From assembly GCF_009914755.1 (NCBI RefSeq), contig NC_060931.1: a stretch of 64,000 bases of DNA. One strand, given 5' to 3'. How positions within the stretch are numbered: the stretch's first letter is position 1; each line of letters opens with the position of its first letter. Shown one piece after another: positions 53,834 to 64,000 of this stretch. This DNA comes from the human T2T-CHM13v2.0 reference genome, Homo sapiens. Under the pieces are notes generated by a model. The model did not search any database. It saw only the letters and a program-made list of their open reading frames with translations, and was not told the DNA's origin. Position numbers and translations under genes: made by a program.

Positions 53834-56606
53834 GCTGGACTGTGCGCTCACAGCCGTGCCGCCATGCCCCACGCCTCGGTACACAGCAGGCACAACCGAG
53901 CGAGCAGCTGCCCGGCTGCTCCTGTTCCCTTGGCGCCTCGAGGTCCCGGCTCAGAAGCCACGCCCAAAGCGGAAATCAGACCCCGCAGGGCTGTGACTCG
54001 CACAGACACCTCCTCTCCTGTGAAGCATCTACTTCTATTAATACAGCCTGAGACAGAGTTCACTTCTTCTGAAGTCACAACCCAACAGTGATTCGCTCTG
54101 ACTCACACTGGCAGTGGAGAAAACTCTGGAGTGACTCAGACGTGCGGCAGATGAAGGCCTCCTTCCCATCCTCAACACAGCCAAGTCATTTTGGGTCTCA
54201 AGTGTCTCCCTTTTGTCCCAAATCAAATTTTTCTTGCTGAAGAGCCATCATTTCAGACTATTAAGATGCTTTCGGATCTGTGACGGGCTTCACCAATTAA
54301 TAAAAGCTACTTCTATACCGATACTCACCGCCTGCCCCCAGTGCGGTCCGAGCAGGGAATTCCATGGTGCACGCCCATAAGAAGCGCTTTCTGCATCTCA
54401 CAGGACAACAGCCGTCTGCGCTCAGACCCCACCATCTCCCTCAAACACAGTTTCCCAGCAGAGCCGAGGAGATGACGGCGCGGGCAAACCCTTCCTGTCC
54501 AAACAAAGCTCACTACATCCCTGGCTTGCTCTGCTCTCACCCCATCCCTCCCTCGAGTCCTGTACACAAGTGAGGGGAGGAAGAACGGATCAGGAAGCAG
54601 CAGGGTACAAAGAGCAGAAGAGAGCTTCGGTCTCAAGTCCACAGGGCACGCTGCGGCCAAGTCCTCCGACGAAAAGTAAATTAAAGACAAGAGGAACAAA
54701 GAAGAAACAGGGAGAGAGGAGGAGCACACACACCGAGCGTCCACTGTGCCCGCCCCTCGCTCCCCCCACACCATGCGGTCTGTGTGATCGTCCCACAGAT
54801 GAAGACTAGAGGGGCTCGGGAAGCCAGGCCTCAGAGCCCGCAGGCGCCTCCATGCACCCCTCCACCTCTGCACGCTGGCTGCCCAGCCCCCAGTCCCAGG
54901 CGTGGAAGCCTCCCAGGCGGCAAGGAGCTTTCGAGACCGTGGCTGCTCAGCCCTTGCTCTCTGCTCTAGTCAAGGAGCGTGCCTCGGAATGAATGAGGTA
55001 CAGTCTTTCCCTAAAGTCACCGGAGAACAGAGATCAATGAAAAAGGAGGAAGGGAGGAAAGACAAAAGACTTGAGAGGAAGCAAAACGAAACCAGCTTAG
55101 ATTTGATCCCGATACGTGGGAAATCAGGTGGGGAAAAGGGGCTACAACTCCATGATGACCACAAGTCCAGAGGGCTGTGCAAGCCAACACGGCTGGGGGC
55201 TGCAGAAAGCACCACAGCAACTGTCTGACGCCAGGTTGGGGCCAGCAGCCGCACGCTGGAAAACGCAACACACAGCCCACACAGCCCTGTGGGGGCAGCT
55301 AAGCCCAAAACCCTGGCGTGGCCCAGCACGAGCAGGCCTGTGCGGAGTGGACCTGCACACACCGCAAACGCACACACCGCGAACGCACACACCGGATGCT
55401 TCCCGCTGTGGAGACCCACAAGGCAATGTCTTCTGAAGTTAAAAGGATGCCAGGATCCAGCAGTCCCACTCCTAAGTATGTGCTCAAGGAAAAGTAAGAG
55501 TTTAGATCATACAAAGCCAACATTTCCAGCAGCTTTACTCCATTTCACCAAACCCAGAAACAACACAGATGTCCTTCAACCAGTGAACGAATAAACAAGT
55601 CCCAGAGCAGCCGTGCCTGGAGCATCACTCAGCAACGAAAAGCAGCGCTGCGATTCACACAGCCACGCGGTGAGTCCCAAATGCACCTCCATGAGCCAAA
55701 GATGCCACATTTGTATGACGTTCTGGAAAAGGCAAAATCACCAGACAGAAAGCATGCTGGGGTGGCCAGGGAGGGGAGTCTGGGGTGGTGGGGCCGCAAG
55801 TCAGCCCCAGGCATGTGAAAATGCGCAGCTGCACAGCAGAAGGGCAAATGAGGCTGTATAGACAGTTTTTTTTAATCAACCAGAATGAAAAAGACTCAAA
55901 ATGAAACACCAGCTCTAAGCGGTAAACCTAAAGGAACCACAAACAAAGAACACAACACCAGGCAGTGGGAAACACAACGGCACCCACGGTGCTGAGAAAA
56001 CGCCACTTCCACTGGGAACGGTAGGCCAAGGACAGAACGGCCTGTCCACAGACACTGCACCCTCGCAAGTCAACCTCTCCTCACAGAGCCATGGATTAGC
56101 AATTCCAGAAAGACCCTGTGCGCACGTGAGGACTGGATGGGTAAGTAAAACATGGTGTGTGCTGACACCTGGGCTTCTCAAGACCAAGGAGACAGCACAG
56201 GAGGCGAGGACAGCCCAGGGGTGCTGGATGGAGCCAGTGTCAGGGTGTCCACCGAGGGGCCCTGGGGCCCTGACGCACCCGGAGCAGGCAGCACCCCACA
56301 CCCACATCTCATCTCTAAGCAGCACTCGGCAACAAGAGGAAACAGGGCTCACTGGGAAAGTGGCGGACTGCAGGAAAAGGGCAGGAAAAACATCTAAGTT
56401 TAGAGCATCCTGCAGTGCCAGATAGTTTGAAAAAAAAAAAAGGCTTTAAAAAAAGATGAGGGCAAATCACAGGGCACGAGAGCCCAACTGTGAGAGCTCC
56501 CAGTGACCAAGGCTGAAATACCGTGAATGAACCGAATCCGCAGAGCACTGGGTCACGGCCGTGAAGTAAAACAGAGAAGGAAGCAACTGACACAAATAAC
56601 CTACTC

Positions 56607-56751
56607 GACGAGGGGCAGAGCCTCCCTCAGCAAAGCGTCCCACTCAGGAAACGGGGACGAGGGGCAGAGCCTCCCTCAGCAAAGCGTCCCACTCAGGAAA
56701 CGGGGACGAGGGGCAGAGCCTCCCTCAGCAAAGCGTCCCACTCAGGAAACA
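56607..56751. repeat. 49-bp tandem repeat x3, near-perfect
   Basis: gacgaggggcagagcctccctcagcaaagcgtcccactcaggaaacggg x3. Confidence 0.97.
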
Positions 56752-56863
56752 CGGAAGAGACGGGCGGACAGAAAACCGCCCTGGGGCCATGGTGACAAGC
56801 CCCGCAGCTGAGATGCACCAATAGATGCTTGAACTAGGAGGAGAAGTTTTTGTAAGAAATGGG

Positions 56864-57184
<321 letters not shown>

Positions 57185-58173
57185 TCAAAGCATCTTCCCC
57201 AAGATACTTATTATCAGAACAAAAGCCGCAGCCATGCATTTAGGGAGGCCTTCGCCAGGTGACCGGAGTGACCACACCCGCAACAGAACATGGTGATGTC
57301 GCACACCCCGACATCACACACCCAGAGGGACATGACATCCCTTTTAAGATTTTCTGTCCAAAAATGCATAGCTTCAACCTAATCATGTATAACATCAGAC
57401 TCGCTCCAACTGAGGAACATCCACAAAACACCAGCCCGTGCTCTCGAAGAGGCGGGGTCACGACGACAGGAGAGACCGAGGAGCAGATTCTCTCCTGTCC
57501 CAGAGTGCAGGGCAGGACAGGGCCACCAAACGCCATGGGGATCCCAGGCCAGATCCTGGCACAGAAAAAGGAGCTCAGTGGGAGAGCCGGCAAGACCTGA
57601 ACGCAGTCAGGACCCGCGCCTGCTGCACCCAGGCCTTACAGCTTCTGATAACTGTACACGGGCTCACAAGACGTTACCCTCGGGAAAGCTGGTGGAGGGT
57701 GCGTCGAAACATTCTCCACGACTTCTGCAACTTTCCTGTCAGTGTAACATTATGTCAAAATGAAAAGTTCCCAGAAGAACATGCCAGACACATGAGAAAG
57801 ACAAAAGGGCAAATGGCCGGATGGTAATGACTCATCCCAAAGGCCATCTCAACACACCTCGGGCGGGAGAGCCCTGAGCCAGCCCACGGTCTGAGCAGGG
57901 AACCAGGGGGCCTTCCCTACACAGAGCACAGCTCCCACCCTGCAGCACCGCCCAGCCGGGGCCAACACCAGAGGACGCCATCCTCCTTAAGGCCACAAAG
58001 TGTATGGTCCTAGGGCATCTTTCCTGAAAGAGACAATTGCGAGAAATGAAAGCCTGGCTGCCGGGATCAATCTTGCGGGTCACCTCCCTGCAGCAAGGCC
58101 CAAGCCGACGTCACGTGGCAGAAGGATCTTCATGAAGATGAGCATGGCTACGACTTGAACGGTGGTTTCTTAA

Positions 58174-58410
58174 CAGGGTCCAACAACTACAGCCTGTGGC
58201 CAAATCCCACCCACAGCCTGTTTTTGTAAACAACTTTTGTTTTTTTAACAAAGTTTTGATGGAGCACAGCCACCCAGAATCAAATACGAATCGCCGCTGC
58301 CGCTCTCACAGCACGATGGCAGAGTTCAGCGTCTTCGACAGAGACCACCTGCCCGGCAAACCCCAAAGAGTCCGTTCTGGCCCTTCACACAAGACACTTG
58401 TCAGACCCAT
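58174..58410 (+). mobile_element. MER58A (hAT-Charlie)
   Basis: caactacagcctgtggccaaatcc...gcctgtttttgtaaa...gcacagccac...ggcagagtt...gacagagacc...tctggcccttcaca. Confidence 0.85.
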
Positions 58411-58772
58411 CTTTTGAGGCCCACAGGTAGTTCTGGGATCTCGGTAAGAATCTGCTTTGCAAACACAAGGGCCTCGAAGCCCCGCCTTCCGGTGAGCACC
58501 GCTGCAGCAGCAGGGAACCTTCCGGAAGAATCTGTTCCCAGGGTAGAAACAGTGACGGGCCAGTGCAGCAGAGAAGAGCAGAGCGCCTGGGAGACCTGCA
58601 TCAGAGCCCGAACAGCTGGAGGCGCCAGCTCAGTCTGTATCCCCGCCCCGCGACCCAAGGCTCCCCCAGAAGCCGGGGCCCACCACTGGCACACTGCGGA
58701 AGCACTCCCGCAGGAGGACATGAGGCCACGTTCACACCACGGGGCGCTGGCTCAGGACCCTTCCCAGCAATT

Positions 58773-59198
58773 CCCGCATGTTCCGGGGTCAGAGGAGGCG
58801 CTGGACAGGGTCCCCACGTGTTCCAGGGTCAGAGGAGGCGCTGGACAGGGTCCCCGCGTGTTCCGGGGTCAGAGGAGGCTGGACAGGGTCCCCACGTGTT
58901 CCGGGGTCAGAGGAGGCACTGGACAGGGTCCCCGCGTGTTCCGGGGTCAGAGGAGGCGGTGGACAGGGTCCCCACGTGTTCTGGGGTCAGAGGAGGTGCT
59001 GGACAGGGTCCCCGCGTGTTCCGGGGTCAGAGGAGGCTGGACAGGGTCCCCACGTGTTCCGGGGTCAGAGGAGGCGCTGGACAGGGTCCCCGCATGTTCC
59101 GGGGTCAGAGGAGGCGCTGGACAGGGTCCCCGTGTGTTCCGGGATCAGAGGAGGCGCTGGACAGGGTCCCCGCGTGTTCCGGGGTCACAGGAGGCTGG
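58773..59198. repeat. 40/38-bp VNTR, about 11 copies
   Basis: Unit c(g/a)cgtgttccggggtcagaggagg(cg)ctggacagggtccc. Confidence 0.98.
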
Positions 59199-59879
59199 AT
59201 AGAGGCTCCACATGGCGTGTCAATGCCGGGCCTGTGGACACTCAGTCTGCATGGTTCCCGCATGGCCACATCCAGGGAAGCCACGGCCCTGCCCCCAAGG
59301 TCAGGACTATTCCTGGCCAAACAGAAGGACCTGCCGCGCATGACCTGCATGGAGCGCTCGGAGCAGAGGGAACGCACTGAGGTGCTGCCATCAGGAGGGG
59401 AACGGTGGCGGGCCCTGCGGGAAGAAGCTCTCAGAGCAGGGCGGGCTGTCCCACTTCCCCTTCCTCCTGCCCCAGGCCCACACCCTCTCCTGCCAGCACC
59501 CCACCACCTAAACACAGAATGCGGCTGCGCTGCCGGAGACGGTGGAGGGGGGATAAGGCTCAGTGGGAATGGGGCCCAGCCCCACTGCCCACCACTTAAC
59601 CACACTCCCTAACCCGAATATCCCTCTGTTTCCTCAACACTAAATAAGGGCCAAGGTGACCACAGAAAAAGCTGAAGGGCGTGAGCAGGACCTCACTGTC
59701 CACACTGACGTGTTGGCTGCTGCTCCCAGTGGCCCCAGCTCCAGGATCCTCTTGTGCCCCTTCCCAGCACAGAAGGGAGCGAGAGCCAGGCCCAGGGAGC
59801 GGAGTGCGTGGGTGCAGCTGGAGGGCAGGCGGCTGTGTGTGTGCCAAGTGCCGGGAGGACGAACAAGACTCAGGCCTGA

Positions 59880-59950
59880 CTCATCTCATATTCCTGAAGC
59901 ACCTAAAGTGGGCTGCACACAGCAGGTGTTGAACAAACGCTTCCTGAACG
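59880..59950 (+). mobile_element. L2 3'-end fragment
   Basis: gcacctaaagtgggctgcacacagcaggtgttgaacaaacgcttcctgaa resembles the L2 terminus. Confidence 0.5.
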
Positions 59951-60997
59951 GGAGCGACAAGGAGCCTCTGTCCTCTAAGAGACAAGAGCCTTGCCAGGGA
60001 GGACTGGGGAGCCCCCAGAGAGCCAGCGCAGACGATGAATGCCAGGGCAGGGAAACCGAGGTGTCCCCAGCAAGACCCCAGGTGGGCAGGGCCTGGATAA
60101 GGCAGGTACCCACACGTGGCAGGCCAGAGGGTTGGGGGGGGGGGGGGCTCCTGTGTGTACACAGGGCTGCAGGAGGTGGCGGTCAGCGGAAAAGCAGTAA
60201 CAGGCCATGTGTCATACTGTTGCAGGGGGCCCAGGTCCATCGGACTGGAGCAGAAAAACCAGAGAAGATGCCTGAGGAAGAAGCAGGACAGGCCACCAGA
60301 CCCAACGGGGAGGAAGGCGTCTGGATGTCCCAGAGTTAGTGAGAGGGCCTTAGCCAAGGAGGCAGGCACATCACCAAGTACGAGGTGGTCTGCACCCTGC
60401 CTCTGCAGGCCTGGGCGGTGCTGCACAAAGTCCCAGGAGATCCTGAAGTGTGCCCTTGGTAAAGAGGACAGTGGAGACAAAGAAGTATTTGCAATGAACA
60501 AGTGAAGGCCCACAGCAAACACCCAGCATGGCACAGCACTGGGCACCACCCGAAGACAAGGAAACCCGACCTTGGGGAGCTCCCAATGCAGCAGGAGAGG
60601 GATCCAGGCTCTAACGCTGGGAACACAGCCTTTTCTAGAGATAGGCCTGGCAGAGGCAGCCAGGCAGGCAGCCAAAGCGGGCAGGAAAGACCAGAAGCAG
60701 CTAAGAGTCTCCTGCAACATCCACGTTCCCCAGGCCCCTCCTTCCTGAACAGTCTAGCGGGCCCTGGGGGCCACCGTCAGGGAGGAGCAAGGCTCTGCAG
60801 GGAAGCTGCACCCCATTCCCAAGGGCACCTTCCCAAGCCAAGTCAACCCCTGTGCAAACTAACAGGCAGTCCAGCTCCACAAGCACTGCTGGTGCGGACG
60901 GCACAGAGGCTGGGAGAAACCCACAAACAGAGGCCACCCACATGGTCGTGGTCTCTACAGACAGGCAGCTGCCCATTCACAAGGAGGAGGCATGATA

Positions 60998-61358
60998 TGA
61001 TATGGTCTGACTGTGTCCCCACCCAAATCTCATCTGAAACTGTAGTTTCCATAATGCCCACATGTCATGGGAGGTGAGTGAATCACAGGGGCAGTTACCC
61101 CCATACTGCTGCTCACGTGATAGTGAGCTCTCGAGAGAGGTGACTGTTTTATAAGGGACTTTTCCCCCTTTTGCTCGGCACTTCTCCTTCCTGCCACCAT
61201 GTAAAGAAGGACGTGTTTGCTTCCCCTTCCACTATGATTGTCATTTTCCTGAGGCCTCCCCAGCCATGATAAACTGTGAGTTAATTAAACCTTTTTCCTT
61301 TATAAATCACCGAGTCTCGGGTATGTCTTCACTAGCACTGTGAGAGTGAACTAACACA
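60998..61358 (+). mobile_element. THE1C (MaLR) solo LTR
   Basis: tgatatggtctgactgtgtccccacccaaatctcatct...ttttgctcggcacttctccttcctgcc...aagaaggacgtgtttgcttcccc...ctaacaca. Confidence 0.92.
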
Positions 61359-64000
61359 GGGGTAAGAGAAGAGAGAAGCCCTGCCAGGGAGAGGACAGCA
61401 GCAGGAAGCACCCAACCATGAAGTGTGTGTATCCACAGGGCCCCACTGGCCTTTGGCGCAAAGCAACTCACTTGTATCCACAAACATCCCAACAACTGCC
61501 AGACACTCAGCATCCCTGGCCCCAGTCCCTTGCACAGCAATGGCCCCTCAAGTACACCCCCAAATGTTCCCTAGTGTCCCTCAGCATGGGGCAGGACAGG
61601 AGAGGATCAGGCCACCCAACTGCCCTAGGAGGCTCCAGCCCATCAGGCCAGCTCAGTGCCCCTTACCCACCCTCCACCCTGTGCACCCGACACTCATCCC
61701 AAGCCGCCAGCCGGCCACTCCTGACCACAATGCCGGACGCTGTGCTGCCAGGGGTGCCACTCAGCCACAGCCTGTCAGACCCTCCACTGGAGTGGATGGG
61801 GCAGCATCCAGGGCACAGTGCCAGCCCTGCTCTGGGGGCTCCTCTGCAGAACGGGGCCTGAGCCTGACACACGCAGGACGTGGTTGGCGGTCACAGATCT
61901 ACACGGCACACTGTGCAGGTGAACCCTCCCTCCTGACCAGCAGGACCTCCCCCTGTGCTGCCATCAGGCTCCCAGAAGCAGGAGGTCAGCCCTGAGTGGT
62001 GTGTCAGAGCCACGGGAGCTTGGCCGTGTGGGCGCGGTGAGCACACAGGGGTCTGCCCAGCATCCGTAGTGCGTGGCATGAACGCGGCAAGATACACACT
62101 ACTCAACACACTGGGCCAGCATTTTCTCCCCAGCAAGCACTATCAAGGCTGTTGTTGGTGACAGGCCCTCGATGTCCAAGTTCCCTGGGGCAGGTGACGG
62201 AAGTGAAGGAACAGGGCCGTCCCTCCCAGCCCCTGCCCACATACTGCTGCCCACACACTGCCTCCATGGCAGGTTCATGCCGCCAAGGAGCAGGCTCGGC
62301 TCACAGTCTTCCTTCCGGATGAGGGGCTACCACCAGCTAAGCACATCCCTCCAAAAGCCACGTCATATCTCACAGGCATTTCACAGGTGACGTGAGGCAC
62401 GCGCAGACACGTCCCTAGCATTCCACAGCCGTCTGGGTCACAGCCTGCTCTCAGAGGAGAAGCCACCCCGCGATTGTGCCTCCCGTCTCTCTCCTTGACC
62501 TGCAGTGCAGACCTGGAGCTGAGACGTCCTCCATCAAGGCCAAAAGCTCCACACGCCCAGCTGCCTGGGCTCGCCCCAGCCTCCAGCCCCACGTGACGGT
62601 CTGCCTCCCAGACCCCTGCGCGGACAAGCAGGAGCGGCTGGGCTCGAGCTCCAGGGCTTCAGGGTGACTGCTGCCCGGTGCTCTTGGTGAAGCCGTGTTT
62701 CCACAAAGCAAGAAGGTTCAGGCCAGGCAGCCTGGACTCCTGCTGTGTTTCATCTACTGTGACATTTCTCCTGTCCCAGTGCCCTCCTCTCCCTCTCCAT
62801 TATCCCCCCAAAACAAGTGACCAAAGGAGTGCCCCGCCCCTGGTTCACAGACATGAGAAGCTCCCAGGCCATGGCTCTCCGCAGCGCCTTCCCTATCGCA
62901 TCTCCATCACCCACCCTTTCTGACAGTGGCCCACATGGTTTAGGACGGGGTGAGAGTCCTCCATCTCCCACCCAGATGCGATGAGCAGGAGCTGTCGTGG
63001 GGCGCACACTCTCTGTAGCTGGCCAAAGCTGGACGACGCCACAAGAGCAGCTCTTTACATCCTCCTGGCCCTGTGCAAGTTGACCCCAGGCAGCTCTCAG
63101 GTCCCGACTGTGGGGACAGCACGTGCCCGAGCTCTGACCCACATGCAGACATCAGAGGCCTCCAAGCCCTTGACTTAGTGGCAGGTGGGCTACAGCTGCA
63201 GGACAGAGGGCTGGAGCTCTGGAGGGTAACCTGTGCTGAGTGACAATGCACCCCGAAACCCAGAGTGCTCCTGAGGAGGGAGAGCCTGCCAGTCCAGCAG
63301 GGGACCCCTCAGCACAGTCCTGGCTGCACCCATACAGCTCACACAGATGGCAGCCACACACGTCCCATGACAACTGTTCCAGACCCCTAGGCTCTTTCCT
63401 GCTGGCTCCTCGCTGGGGTCCAGGACTCTGATCTGGGATCTCCCCTCCTTCCAAGCATCCAACCAGGAGCTCCTTATTCCCTGAAAGCCGCCCTCAGCAT
63501 CCTCCTCACTCCACCTCCTCCCAGGATGCGCCCAAGGCATCCCTAGCAATGCCCCAGGTGGAGGAGCCCCAGTTCATGCTCTCCATCCTCAGATCAGGCC
63601 CTCCAGCTCTCCCTGGGGACCAGGTGGCACCTGCCTTTTCACTCCTCCAAATGAAGTGGAGCCTCCTGCAGTCCCATGCCCCACACTGGGTCTATGGTAA
63701 GGCCACCTCCCCCTCTCTTGGCCCTCTCCACCTGCTGGCTTTGCCCAGCACAGTCTCCCTTCCCCAGTTGCCTGTCCTTCAGGACCATTCCTTACAGACT
63801 GGCTGCGGCGTGTGCTTACCCCAACAGCCCCGCCTGTATGTTACAGCAAATGGCACCTCCTAAAGTCTGACCCAGCTCAACACCCGCCACCACTTCCTCC
63901 CAGCTGATAACGAAGGCTGCGCTGCAGCAGCCTCTGCCTCCACAGCCAGCACCACCTTCTGAGAAAGCCTAGGACTGGCCGCCACACCCTGGAGAGCCTG

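Overview
GC-rich primate (most likely human, 7p22.3) genomic DNA from inside the minus-strand gene MAD1L1 (mitotic checkpoint protein MAD1). Only one coding exon is supportable: 12828-12972 (-), 145 nt, encoding [48 protein letters not shown] with canonical AG/GT ends. Everything else is intron, more than 12.8 kb on one side and more than 51 kb on the other. The intron holds about 10 Alus, four solo LTRs (MER21, MLT1, THE1A, THE1C, all antisense to the gene), two MER58A elements and eroded L1M/MIR/L2 fragments. It also has about 20 tandem repeats, from 2-copy duplications to a 1.7-kb minisatellite, several of which arose inside transposon sequence. Several AT-rich, homeodomain-motif-rich islands look like enhancers. 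The hundreds of other ORFs are GC-rich or repeat artefacts. I found no convincing new multi-gene system. The best leads are the splice-site architecture of the exon, a templated insertion, tandem repeats born in transposons, and candidate enhancers or antisense LTR promoters. Repeat-family names come from recalled consensus sequences and their boundaries are approximate; confirm with RepeatMasker/Dfam.
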